A DNA stretch of 28,312 nucleotides from an uncultured Aquificales bacterium (GTDB taxonomy: Bacteria; Thermosulfidibacterota; Thermosulfidibacteria; Thermosulfidibacterales; Thermosulfidibacteraceae). The stretch is taken from NCBI GenBank assembly GCA_964453345.1, contig CAYVOC010000017.1, positions 3,618 to 31,929 of the forward strand, in the 5' to 3' direction. This document shows positions 17,678 to 28,312 of the stretch, one piece after another; positions within the stretch are counted from its first letter, which is position 1; every line of letters begins with the position of its first letter. Under the pieces are notes generated by a model, which did no database searches, was not told where the DNA came from, and worked only from the letters and a program-made list of their open reading frames with translations. The translations under genes were made by a program, and so were the position numbers.

Positions 17678-20085
17678 GCTTCAAGTATATCAAGTGGCTT
17701 GACGAGATTACCATGGACGATCTGCCCCTTGTGGGTGGCAAGAATGCATCCCTTGGAGAGATGTTCAATGCTCTTGTCCCCAAGGGGATAAATGTTCCCT
17801 ACGGCTTTGCCATAACCACAGAGGCCTACTGGCACTTTGTGGACAGCAACAACCTGAGGGAGAAGATAAAGCAGATACTTGAGGGTCTCGATACCCACGA
17901 TGTTGAAGACCTTGCCATGAGGGGCAAGAAGGTGAGGGACCTTATCTACTACTCCGATCTCCCCGAGGATCTGGAGCGGGAGATAGCGGAGGCCTACGCT
18001 AAGCTCTGTGAAAAGTATGGCCCCGATACGGATGTGGCGGTAAGATCCTCTGCGAGCGCCGAGGATCTGCCGGATGCATCCTTTGCAGGGCAGCAGGACA
18101 CCTACTTGAACATAAGGGGGGTTGAGAGGGTCCTTGATGCGTGCAAAAAGTGCTTTGCATCCCTTTTCACCGACAGGGCCATATCCTACAGGCACGACAA
18201 AGGCTTTGATCAGTTTGGTGTGGGGCTTTCCATATGCGTGCAGAAGATGGTCCGTTCCGATCTTGCAAGCAGCGGGGTTATGTTCACTCTGGATACGGAA
18301 AGCGGCTTTAAGGATGTTGTCTTCATAACGGCCACCTACGGTCTGGGGGAGGTTCTGGTTCAGGGAGAGGTGAACCCTGACGAGTATTATGTGTTTAAGC
18401 CCACCCTCAGGGAGGGTTATAAGCCCATTATCCGCAAGGTTCTGGGCAAAAAGCAGATCAAGATGATCTACTCTGATAAGGTTGGCACCAAGACCGTGAA
18501 GAAGGTGAAGGTTCCCAAGGAGTTGAGGGAGCAGTTCGCCCTTACCGATGATGAGATACTGAAGCTGGCCAAGTGGGCCCTGATCATTGAGGAGCATTAC
18601 TCAAAGAAGGCCGGTGTTCACAGGCCCATGGATATAGAGTGGGCAAAGGATGGCATCCTGAATGAGCTGTTTGTTGTTCAGGCGAGACCCGAGACCGTCC
18701 ACTCCCAGAAGGAGGAGAATGTTATAGAGATTTACAGGTTGAAGGAAAAGAGCAGGGTTCTTGTTAAGGGCAAGAGCGTCGGGAACAAGATAGGCACCGG
18801 GAAGGTGAGGGTGATAAACTCCGTAAAGGAGATGCACAAGTTCCAGAAGGGAGAGGTGCTTGTGACGGAGATGACCGATCCCGACTGGGAGCCGATAATG
18901 AAGCTTGCATCCGCCATAGTCACCGAGAGGGGAGGCAGAACCTGCCATGCGGCCATTGTGGCGAGAGAACTTGGCGTTCCCGCTATAGTTGGTGCCCAGG
19001 GGGCCATGGAGGTTTTGAAGAGCGGAATGGAGGTTACGGTCTCCTGTGCTGAGGGTGATGTGGGCTATGTTTACGACGGTATCCTGGATTACGAAGTGGA
19101 GAGAATCGAGCTTACGAACCTTCCCGAGCCCAAGACCAAGGTGATGATGATACTTGGCAACCCTGAGGAGGCCTTCAACTACTCCAAGATTCCCAATGAC
19201 GGGGTGGGACTTGCCCGCTTGGAGTTCATCATAGGCTCCTACATAAAGATTCACCCCATGGCCCTGGTCAAGTTTGACGAGCTCCCCGATGGGGAGGAGA
19301 AGGAGAAGATAGAGGAGCTTACCAAGGGTTATGAGGACAAAACCCAGTATTTCGTGGACAAGCTCGCCGAGGGCATTGGAACCATTGCTGCGGCCTTCTA
19401 TCCCAAGCCGGTGATAGTAAGACTCAGCGATTTCAAATCCAACGAATACGCGAATCTTATAGGCGGCAGGTTCTTTGAGCCGGAGGAGCACAATCCCATG
19501 CTGGGCTGGAGGGGGGCAAGCCGCTACTACCATCCCAACTACAGGGATGGGTTTGCCCTCGAGTGCAGGGCCATAAAGAAGGTCAGGGATGTGATGGGCC
19601 TGAAAAATGTTAAGGTCATGGTTCCCTTCTGCAGAACGCCTGAGGAGGGGATGAAGGTTATAAACGAGATGCGCAAGCATGGTCTTGTCCAGGGCGAGAA
19701 CGGGCTTGAGGTTTACGTGATGTGTGAGCTGCCGGTGAACGTTATTCTTGCGGATAAGTTTGCCGAGGTCTTTGATGGGTTTTCCATAGGATCGAACGAT
19801 CTTACCCAGCTTGTTCTGGGGGTTGACAGGGATTCCGAGCTTATATCCCACCTATACGATGAGAGGAATGAGGCGGTCAAAAGGATGGTCAAGATGGTCA
19901 TAGAGAATGCCCACAAGTATGGAAGGCCCGTGGGGATATGCGGTCAGGCTCCAAGCGATTATCCTGAATTCGCCGAGTTTCTGGTTAAGTGCGGCATAGA
20001 TAGCATCTCCCTCACGCCGGATACCGTTCTTTCCGGAAGGCTCACCATTCTTAAAGCTGAGGGAAGACTCTCAAGAAGCGAATGA
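17674..20085 (+). CDS. ppsA: Phosphoenolpyruvate synthase (pyruvate, water dikinase)
   Basis: '[11 protein letters not shown]', '[23 protein letters not shown]', 'QARPETV', phospho-His '[15 protein letters not shown]', 'NPMLGWRG', '[10 protein letters not shown]' and 'GICGQAPSD'. Confidence 0.97.
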   Translation: MSFKYIKWLDEITMDDLPLVGGKNASLGEMFNALVPKGINVPYGFAITTEAYWHFVDSNNLREKIKQILEGLDTHDVEDLAMRGKKVRDLIYYSDLPEDLEREIAEAYAKLCEKYGPDTDVAVRSSASAEDLPDASFAGQQDTYLNIRGVERVLDACKKCFASLFTDRAISYRHDKGFDQFGVGLSICVQKMVRSDLASSGVMFTLDTESGFKDVVFITATYGLGEVLVQGEVNPDEYYVFKPTLREGYKPIIRKVLGKKQIKMIYSDKVGTKTVKKVKVPKELREQFALTDDEILKLAKWALIIEEHYSKKAGVHRPMDIEWAKDGILNELFVVQARPETVHSQKEENVIEIYRLKEKSRVLVKGKSVGNKIGTGKVRVINSVKEMHKFQKGEVLVTEMTDPDWEPIMKLASAIVTERGGRTCHAAIVARELGVPAIVGAQGAMEVLKSGMEVTVSCAEGDVGYVYDGILDYEVERIELTNLPEPKTKVMMILGNPEEAFNYSKIPNDGVGLARLEFIIGSYIKIHPMALVKFDELPDGEEKEKIEELTKGYEDKTQYFVDKLAEGIGTIAAAFYPKPVIVRLSDFKSNEYANLIGGRFFEPEEHNPMLGWRGASRYYHPNYRDGFALECRAIKKVRDVMGLKNVKVMVPFCRTPEEGMKVINEMRKHGLVQGENGLEVYVMCELPVNVILADKFAEVFDGFSIGSNDLTQLVLGVDRDSELISHLYDERNEAVKRMVKMVIENAHKYGRPVGICGQAPSDYPEFAEFLVKCGIDSISLTPDTVLSGRLTILKAEGRLSRSE

Positions 20086-20095
20086 GGAGGATGGA

Positions 20096-21103
20096 ATGAT
20101 AGTGATAAAGATCATACTGGGGTTGATCTTTCTTGTGGTTGCCGCCGGTGCTCTGTTCATAGGCGGGCTTGCCGTGTGGGCGAGAAATTACAAGCTGGGA
20201 GTTCCCTCCCTGGGTGTGGGTATACTTGCCCTTGTTGAAACCTATGAGACCTTTACCTACGCCCATCCCTTTATCTTCTGGCTGCTGTTTGTGGCCTTTG
20301 TTCTTGCCGCTGTGGCGGCCGGCCTATACATAACCGAGCCGGAACTCGGTGTTATAGACTGGTTCAAGTCCCCTGAGCAGCTGATAAGGGAGGGCAAAAA
20401 GCACAAGGCCGCCATAAAATACAGGCGCAAGAAGATGTGGAGGGAGGCTGCCAAGATCTACGAGGAGCTGGGATGGTATACCTCTGCCTCAATCTGCTAT
20501 GAGGAGCTGGGGGACTGGAAGGAGGTTGCGCGCCTGTATGAGCTTCTGGCCGAGAAGGAGGAGCATCCGGATTACTATCTCAGAAGGGCCAAGGAGATAT
20601 ACGAGGAGAAGCTGGGGGATCTGAAGAGGGCGGCGGAGATACTGGAGAAGCTTGCCCAGATAGAGGAGTGGTATTGGGATGATGCTGCCAAGATGTGGGA
20701 GAAGGTAGGGGATCAGAAGAAGGCCCTTGAGTGCTGGGAGAAGGCCCTTGAGGTCAACAAAAGGAGGGCGGTTGAGGAGGACGGGGTCTTCTGGAGCGAT
20801 GTGGCTGACATCTGCGACAGGCTCGGCAGGGTTGAGGAGGCGATAGAGGCCTATAAAAAGTTTCTTGAATACGCCATGAAGATGGACGAGGAGGAGGGCA
20901 AGGGCTGGATAAGGCATGTTGCTGAAACCTACTATGCGCTTTACAGGCTCACCGGTGATGAGGAATACAAGAAGAAGGGCGATGAGGCCCTTGAGAAATA
21001 CAAAAAATACCTCGATGAGGTGGTGAAGGACGAAAACTTTAAAAAGGAGCTGATTGAGGAGGTTCTCCGCTGGCAGAGGGAGAGGGTGGAGATAGAGCTT
21101 TAG
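20096..21103 (+). CDS. Membrane-anchored helical-repeat (SNAP/TPR-like) protein of unknown function
   Basis: Three N-terminal hydrophobic segments followed by about 9 repeats of 'xxxAAxxYExLG'. Strong GAGGAGG RBS. Confidence 0.8.
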   Translation: MIVIKIILGLIFLVVAAGALFIGGLAVWARNYKLGVPSLGVGILALVETYETFTYAHPFIFWLLFVAFVLAAVAAGLYITEPELGVIDWFKSPEQLIREGKKHKAAIKYRRKKMWREAAKIYEELGWYTSASICYEELGDWKEVARLYELLAEKEEHPDYYLRRAKEIYEEKLGDLKRAAEILEKLAQIEEWYWDDAAKMWEKVGDQKKALECWEKALEVNKRRAVEEDGVFWSDVADICDRLGRVEEAIEAYKKFLEYAMKMDEEEGKGWIRHVAETYYALYRLTGDEEYKKKGDEALEKYKKYLDEVVKDENFKKELIEEVLRWQRERVEIEL

Positions 21104-21107
21104 AGCC

Positions 21108-21563
21108 ATGCCGAGGGTCTTCATAGCCGGAATAATACAGGGATCAAAAAGGGGAAAGGTTATACACGGTCAGGATTACAGGGAGAGGCTCAAGTCCATC
21201 TTTTACAGATACCTTCCGGACTGGGAGGTCTATTGCCCCTTTAGCAATCACCCCAACAGCATTGAATACAGCGATGAGCAGGCTAAGGAGACCTTCTTCC
21301 ATCACATAGACTTGGTGAAGGGTTCGGATCTGCTTGTGGCCTACATCCCTGAGGCCTCCATGGGAACCGCCATTGAGATGTGGGAGGCCTACAAGAGCGG
21401 TGTCGCCGTGTGGAGCATCACCCCCATGAAGGAGAACTGGGTGGTGAGGATAACATCCGATAGGATCTTTGAAAGCATAGAGGAGCTTGAAGCCTACTTA
21501 GCCTCTGGAGGAAGGCCTTATGAACAGGGAAGAGTTGATAAAGAGCCTTGTTGTAAAGAATGA
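21108..21563 (+). CDS. Nucleoside 2-deoxyribosyltransferase / Rcl(DNPH1)-like nucleotide N-glycosidase
   Basis: 'RVFIAG', 'VYCP', 'SDLLVAYI' and '[12 protein letters not shown]' (the SxGTxxE catalytic motif). Confidence 0.72.
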   Translation: MPRVFIAGIIQGSKRGKVIHGQDYRERLKSIFYRYLPDWEVYCPFSNHPNSIEYSDEQAKETFFHHIDLVKGSDLLVAYIPEASMGTAIEMWEAYKSGVAVWSITPMKENWVVRITSDRIFESIEELEAYLASGGRPYEQGRVDKEPCCKE

Positions 21564-22740
21564 TAGAAAGATACTCCTTGTTGTGCTTGACGGTCTTGGC
21601 GGGGCTCCCGGTAGGGATGGGAAAACGGAGCTTGAGGCGGCCAACACCCCGAATCTTGACGGCCTTGCCGCAAAGTCCGAGATAGGTCTGGTCCATCCCA
21701 TAATGCCGGGCATAACCCCCGGATCCGGTCCCTCCCATCTTGCCCTTTTCGGGTATGATCCTTTGAAGTATGAGATAGGGAGGGGTGTTCTTGAGAATCT
21801 GGGGCTTGGAGTTGAGCTGAAGCCCGGTGATATAGCCATAAGGGGAAATTTCTGCACCGTTGAGGAGAGGGATGGATCCCTCATTGTTGTTGACAGAAGG
21901 GCGGGGAGAATTCCAACGGAGGAGAACAAAAGACTGTGTTCGCTGCTTCAGCAGAAAATACCCGAGGTTGACGGGGTTGAGGTTCTATTTACTTCGGGCA
22001 TGGAGCACAGGTTTGCCATAAGGTTGAGGGGAGAGGGGCTGAAGCCCCCTGTGGCGGATACCGATCCCCAGAAGGTTGGGGTTCCTCCTCTTGACCCTAA
22101 GCCCCTTGCTCCTGAGGCCGAAAGGCTTGCTGAGGTGCTCAAAAAGCTTTTGGTTAAAATACGCGAGGTTTTGAAGGGTGAACCTAAGGCCAACTTCGCC
22201 CTTCTCAGGGGTATCTGTGATCTTCCCCACATCCCTCCCATGCAGGAGCTTTTTGGTTTGAATCCTGCTGCCGTTGCGACCTACCCCATGTATAAGGGCC
22301 TTGCCAGGCTTGTGGGAATGGAGGTTCTGGAGGTTGAAGGAAGCACCGTAGAGGATGAGATTGAGACTTTGAAGAGGCATTGGAGCAATTACGACTTTTT
22401 CTACCTGCATGTGAAAAAAACCGACTCCTACGGTGAGGATGGCAACTTTGACGCCAAGGTGAAGGTCATAGAGGAGTTTGACAGAACCCTTCCGGAGATA
22501 CTTTCCTTAGGGCCGGATGTCCTTGCCATAACAGGGGATCACTCCACCCCCAGTGTTCTCAAGGGGCACAGCTGGCATCCCAATCCTTTCCTGCTCTTTT
22601 CAAGATATGTGATCCCATCGGGTATAGATCGGTTTAACGAGAGAAGTTGTGCCAGGGGGAATTTAAGGTTATACTATGCCATGGAGGCTATGCCGCTGCT
22701 TCTGGCCCATGCGTTGAAACTAAAAAAGTTTGGAGCATAG
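21520..22740 (+). CDS. apgM: 2,3-bisphosphoglycerate-independent phosphoglycerate mutase, ApgM (archaeal-type) family
   Basis: 'VVLDGLG', 'ANTPNLD', '[13 protein letters not shown]', 'GRGVLE', 'DRRAGRI', '[12 protein letters not shown]', 'TGDHSTP' and 'HSWHP'. Confidence 0.93.
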   Translation: MNREELIKSLVVKNDRKILLVVLDGLGGAPGRDGKTELEAANTPNLDGLAAKSEIGLVHPIMPGITPGSGPSHLALFGYDPLKYEIGRGVLENLGLGVELKPGDIAIRGNFCTVEERDGSLIVVDRRAGRIPTEENKRLCSLLQQKIPEVDGVEVLFTSGMEHRFAIRLRGEGLKPPVADTDPQKVGVPPLDPKPLAPEAERLAEVLKKLLVKIREVLKGEPKANFALLRGICDLPHIPPMQELFGLNPAAVATYPMYKGLARLVGMEVLEVEGSTVEDEIETLKRHWSNYDFFYLHVKKTDSYGEDGNFDAKVKVIEEFDRTLPEILSLGPDVLAITGDHSTPSVLKGHSWHPNPFLLFSRYVIPSGIDRFNERSCARGNLRLYYAMEAMPLLLAHALKLKKFGA

Positions 22741-22743
22741 GTT

Positions 22744-24384
22744 ATGGCGAGGGATTGGGAGGCCCATCTGCCCCCTCAGGAACTCTGGCCCGATTTTGTG
22801 TATCCTGCTGAGTGCAGGTTCTTTTACAGGGACAACTATAATCTCGCCTGGTATCTCATAGACAGGCACATTAAGGCGGGGTGCGCCTGCAGGCCCATGG
22901 CCTTCTTCACGGGCAGGGAATACACCTATGAGGAGATCTATCAGGGTTCCATAAGGATGGCGAATTACCTGAGGAGATGCGGGATAGAGAAGGGGGACAG
23001 GGTTGCCTTTGTTCTCCTCAATTCTCCCCACTCGCTGATTGTGAATTTCGCCATATTCAGGATAGGGGCCATTTCCGTTCCCGTATCTCCCTTCTGGAAG
23101 CCCCATATAATCGAATACATGTTGTCCTCCAAACAGGTTAAGTTTCTGTTTTTGAGCGCCAAGTATCTGGACAAGGTTCTGCCCATAGCCAAGAAGGTTG
23201 AGAGCATAAAGGGAGTGGTGGTTGTAAGAAGGGAGTTTGAAGTTCCCGAGGATGAGATCATATGCGGAATATACGAGGATATACTGGAAAAGGGAGAAGA
23301 CGAATACTTCCTTGAGAAGGTGGATCCCTACGATCCCTGTGTGATCCTTCACACATCCGGCACAACGGGCCTTCCCAAGGGATGTGTTCACCTTGCCAAG
23401 GGAATCCTGTGCGAGTGCCATCTGGTAAACAAGTATGTCTGGAGACTCAACAGGGGCGATGTGCTAACAGGCGGCGCCCCCGTGACCTTTGCGGCGGGCT
23501 TCGGCACCTTCATACTCATACCCCCCTTTGCCGGGGCTGCTGAAGTCTTGTTTACCGAGTTTGACCCTATCAGGATCATAAACAGCATAGAGAGAAGAAA
23601 AGCCACCGTTCTTACGGGGCTTACCAGCTTTTACGACAAGCTTCTGGCGTCCCCCAATTTTTCAAAGGATAAGCTTTCAAGCATAAGGCTCGCCACCACG
23701 GGCGGCAGTCCCCTTGAGCCGAAGACCTATACCAGCTGGTTTGATGCAACCGAGCAGCCCATATACGAGGGGCTTGGCGCTACAGAGTTCCTCCACCTTG
23801 TTGCCTCAAACGCGGTGAGGCTTGTTCCAAAGATCGCTTCCTTCGGTGTTCCCATCCCGGGCATAGAGATAAGGGTTGTTGATCACAAGGGCAACGACTG
23901 CAGGCCGGGGCAGCTTGGAAGGATGCTTGTCAAGGGTCCAACAGGCCCGCTTTACTGGGATAATCCCGAAAAGCAGAGGGAGTCTGTTATAGAGGGATAC
24001 TCATACATTGGGGATGTGGTCTTTGTGGATGAGGAGGGTTATCTGCACTTCGCCGCAAGGGAAGAGGATGTGCTGAGAATCGGGGACAGGGAGTATTCGC
24101 CCTTGGAGGTTGAGGAGGTTATAAGGGAGCACCCGGCCGTTGAGGATGTGGGCGTTATTGAAGAGGACGACGGGACCATCGTTGCCTGCGTTGCCTATAA
24201 AAAGGCTTACGAGAATCGCTTTCCGCTGAGGCAGATAGAGCAGGACATAAAGGCCTGGGTTCTCAAGCATCTGAAGAACCCTGCCCTTGTTCCCCAGGTA
24301 TTCTACGAGGTTGAATACGTTCCCAGGACTCCTGCAGGAAAGATCCTCCGCTGGAAGCTGCGCCAGTGGAGGAGGAAGGGGTAA
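22744..24384 (+). CDS. AMP-forming acyl/aryl-CoA ligase (benzoate/2-aminobenzoate-CoA ligase-like N-terminus)
   Basis: '[11 protein letters not shown]', A3 '[11 protein letters not shown]', 'EGLGATE', 'KGPTG', 'GD' and A10 '[10 protein letters not shown]'. Confidence 0.88.
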   Translation: MARDWEAHLPPQELWPDFVYPAECRFFYRDNYNLAWYLIDRHIKAGCACRPMAFFTGREYTYEEIYQGSIRMANYLRRCGIEKGDRVAFVLLNSPHSLIVNFAIFRIGAISVPVSPFWKPHIIEYMLSSKQVKFLFLSAKYLDKVLPIAKKVESIKGVVVVRREFEVPEDEIICGIYEDILEKGEDEYFLEKVDPYDPCVILHTSGTTGLPKGCVHLAKGILCECHLVNKYVWRLNRGDVLTGGAPVTFAAGFGTFILIPPFAGAAEVLFTEFDPIRIINSIERRKATVLTGLTSFYDKLLASPNFSKDKLSSIRLATTGGSPLEPKTYTSWFDATEQPIYEGLGATEFLHLVASNAVRLVPKIASFGVPIPGIEIRVVDHKGNDCRPGQLGRMLVKGPTGPLYWDNPEKQRESVIEGYSYIGDVVFVDEEGYLHFAAREEDVLRIGDREYSPLEVEEVIREHPAVEDVGVIEEDDGTIVACVAYKKAYENRFPLRQIEQDIKAWVLKHLKNPALVPQVFYEVEYVPRTPAGKILRWKLRQWRRKG

Positions 24385-25151
24385 TGGCAAGGCAAAGACT
24401 CACCGTCATCATTCCCACCTACAACGAGGAGAAGAACATAGAGGATGCAATAAAGTCGGTGCTGTGGGCCGATGAGATAATGGTGGTGGACTCTTACAGC
24501 ACCGACAGAACCCTTGAAATAGCAAGAAGATACACCGACAGAATCCTGCAGCACGAGTATGTAAACTCCGCAACCCAGAAAAACTGGGCTATCCCTCAGG
24601 CCACCCACGAGTGGGTGATGATCCTCGATGCCGATGAAAGGGTCACACCCCAGCTCAGGGATGAGATACTTAAGGTTCTGGAAAACCCCCGGTATGACGG
24701 ATACTACATAGGCAGGAGGAACTACTTCCTCGGTTATCCCCTTGATCACGGCGGTTGGAGTCCAAAGGAGGACAGAAACATCAGGCTCTTCCGCAAAAGT
24801 GTCAGCCGCTACGAGGACAAGGAGGTCCACGCCGATGTGATCGTGTCAACCGGGAAGGTTGGGGAGCTGAAGAACTATTTGATACACCATTCCTACACCA
24901 GCCTTAAACAGTATTTCAAAAAGATGGAGAGATACACCGACTGGGCGGCAAAGGACATCATCAAGGCGGGCAAAAAGCCCGGATTCTTTAATATGACCCT
25001 GAGGCCCCTGGGGGATTTCATAAAGTTCTATTTCCTTAAGCAGGGGTTCAGGGATGGTATGCCGGGGTTGATAATAGCCCTTCTCTCCTCCTACTATGTG
25101 ATGGTGAAATACGCCAAGGCCTGGGAGCTTCTCAACAGCAGGGGCAACTGA
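24384..25151 (+). CDS. Glycosyltransferase family 2, WaaE/KdtX/LgtF-like (LPS core beta-1,4-glucosyltransferase type)
   Basis: '[12 protein letters not shown]', '[10 protein letters not shown]', '[10 protein letters not shown]', 'RLFRK', 'VHA' and 'GFRDGMPGL'. ATG 24384 overlaps the upstream TAA and follows GGAGGAGG. Confidence 0.9.
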   Translation: MARQRLTVIIPTYNEEKNIEDAIKSVLWADEIMVVDSYSTDRTLEIARRYTDRILQHEYVNSATQKNWAIPQATHEWVMILDADERVTPQLRDEILKVLENPRYDGYYIGRRNYFLGYPLDHGGWSPKEDRNIRLFRKSVSRYEDKEVHADVIVSTGKVGELKNYLIHHSYTSLKQYFKKMERYTDWAAKDIIKAGKKPGFFNMTLRPLGDFIKFYFLKQGFRDGMPGLIIALLSSYYVMVKYAKAWELLNSRGN

Positions 25152-25720
25152 TGTTCTCCTTCCTTGAGGGAGTTGTTGTTGAAAAGGGATCGGGGACCCT
25201 TATCCTTTCGGTTGGGGGATTGGGCTTCAGCGTTGTTGTTCCCATTGGTTTGTGGTCTGAAGCTAAGCCGGGCAAAAAGATATTTTTGTGGGTTAGGACC
25301 TTCTACAGGGAGAAGGAGAAGGACTTTGTCCACTACGGCTTTGCCAGAAGAGAAGAGCTTGAGCTTTTCAACAGATTGATAAAGGTCCCTTCCGTTGGGC
25401 CTCAGGTTGCCATCTCCATCATCTCCAATTTGGGGGTTGAGGGGCTTGAGGATGCCGTGGGCAGGCGTGATCTGGACGCCCTTAAAAGGGTGCCCTTGGT
25501 CGGGCCTAAAACCGCCCGCAGGATAATCACGGAGCTCGGTAAAGATATAGCGGTGGAGACTTTCAACGCAAAGATCTCTGCCGTTTTTGACGCCCTGCTT
25601 TCCCTTGGATATACAAAAAAGGAGGCTAAGGAAGCCCTGAGCGCCATAGAGGTGTCCCGGGACGATACGGAGGAGCAGATACTTAAAAGGGTCTTGAAGA
25701 GGCTGGGAGGTATCGAGTGA
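25151..25720 (+). CDS. ruvA: Holliday junction branch migration protein RuvA
   Basis: 'VGGLGF', 'YGF', HhH '[12 protein letters not shown]' and '[14 protein letters not shown]', 'ALLSLGY', directly upstream of ruvB. Confidence 0.92.
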   Translation: MFSFLEGVVVEKGSGTLILSVGGLGFSVVVPIGLWSEAKPGKKIFLWVRTFYREKEKDFVHYGFARREELELFNRLIKVPSVGPQVAISIISNLGVEGLEDAVGRRDLDALKRVPLVGPKTARRIITELGKDIAVETFNAKISAVFDALLSLGYTKKEAKEALSAIEVSRDDTEEQILKRVLKRLGGIE

Positions 25721-26735
25721 GCAGATTCCTTGATCCAAACCCCGCCGAGGAGGACAGGGGCCTTAACGATCTGAGGCCCAGAACCCTGGACGAATATATA
25801 GGGCAAGAGCGCATAAAGGAGAACCTGAGGGTTTTTATAGAGGCCGCCAAAAGGCGTGGAGAGCCCATGGATCATGTTCTTCTCTGTGGCCCTCCGGGGC
25901 TGGGGAAGACCACCCTTGCGGTCATAATCGCCAATGAGCTTGGGGTGAACATCCGCATAACCTCCGGTCCCGCCATAGAGAGGGCGGGGGACATGGCGGC
26001 GATACTCACCTCCCTCGAGGAGGGGGACATCCTCTTCATAGACGAGATACACAGGCTGCATCCGGCGGTTGAGGAGATACTGTATCCCGCCATGGAGGAC
26101 TTTGCCATAGACGTGGTTGTGGGATCGGGTCCCGGTGCCAAGACCCTGAGGGTTAGGCTTTCAAGGTTCACTCTGATAGGTGCCACCACCAGAATGGGCA
26201 TGCTTACGTCCCCTCTGCGCAACAGATTCGGCGTTATCCTTCGCCTTGAATACTACAGCGTTGATGAGCTTGTGCGGATAATAGAGCGCTCCGCATCCAT
26301 ACTTGGGGTGAGGGTGGATAGAGACGGGGCCTACGAGATAGCCAAAAGATCCAGGGGGACCCCCAGGATCGCCAACCGATTGCTCAAAAGGGTCAGGGAC
26401 TTTGCCGAGGTTGAGGGGGATGGAGTCATAACGGCCCAGATCGCCCAAAGGGCGCTTTCCATGATGGAGATAGACGAGTTCGGCTTTGACGCCATTGATA
26501 GAAGACTGATAGAGGTTATAGTTGATCACTTCAACGGGGGACCCGTTGGCATAGAGACCCTTGCGGTCTCTGTGGGTGAGGAAAAAAGAACCCTCGAGGA
26601 GGTCTATGAACCCTATCTGATAAAGGAGGGCTTCATAAAAAAGACCCCCAGGGGGAGGGTGGCAACGGAAAAGGCCTACAGATACCTTGGCAGAAGTGGT
26701 TCTTTAACCAAGCAGCTAAAACTCTTTGAGGAGGG

Positions 26736-26739
<4 letters not shown>
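25717..26739 (+). CDS. ruvB: Holliday junction DNA helicase RuvB
   Basis: '[12 protein letters not shown]', 'GPPGLGKTT', 'LFIDEIHRL', 'GATTR', '[11 protein letters not shown]', 'EPYL' and 'TPRGR'. Confidence 0.98.

Positions 26740-28312
<1,573 letters not shown>

Noticed and set aside
17536..19851. Two long minus-strand ORFs (353 and 416 aa) in one frame opposite ppsA
   Set aside because: They are codon-aligned antisense shadows, which arise because TTA/CTA/TCA codons are rare in the sense gene. No recognisable motifs.
16000..24384. Thioesterase + CoA ligase + thiolase as one acyl-CoA pathway cluster
   Set aside because: The genes are kilobases apart, separated by unrelated housekeeping genes, with no dehydrogenase or hydratase present. 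The linkage is unsupported.

Overview
An extremely compact (about 99% coding), almost entirely + strand chromosomal region. The organism is probably a thermophilic diderm bacterium; this is inferred from heavy use of AGG/ATA codons, Glu/Lys/Arg-rich proteins, a secretin and an LPS-type glycosyltransferase. In order, the window holds: the distal part of an MSHA/type IV pilus-T2SS cluster (secretin, ExeA/MshM ATPase, TPR protein, MshEN-type ATPase, PilC/GspF); rmuC, a DtxR/MntR regulator and an orphan metal-binding protein; dnaX-ybaB-recR; a thiolase-DUF35 fusion lacking the catalytic Cys; a MidA/NDUFAF7 methyltransferase; an eIF-2B-family protein; a divergent HDOD / HPP-HD-GYP module; a thioesterase, hisD and ppsA; a membrane-anchored SNAP/TPR-like repeat protein; an NDT/Rcl-family glycosidase, apgM, an acyl/aryl-CoA ligase and a GT2; and ruvAB, queH and tgt. 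tgt is truncated by the window edge and missing from the ORF track. I see no RNA genes, mobile elements or CRISPR arrays. The best leads are (1) a 30-bp dyad at 14286-14315 whose two arms are the ribosome-binding sites of two divergent genes, with a probable non-AUG (ATC) start for the HPP gene, and (2) several archaeal/eukaryote-like or catalytically altered proteins. None of these is shown to be a new system from sequence alone.
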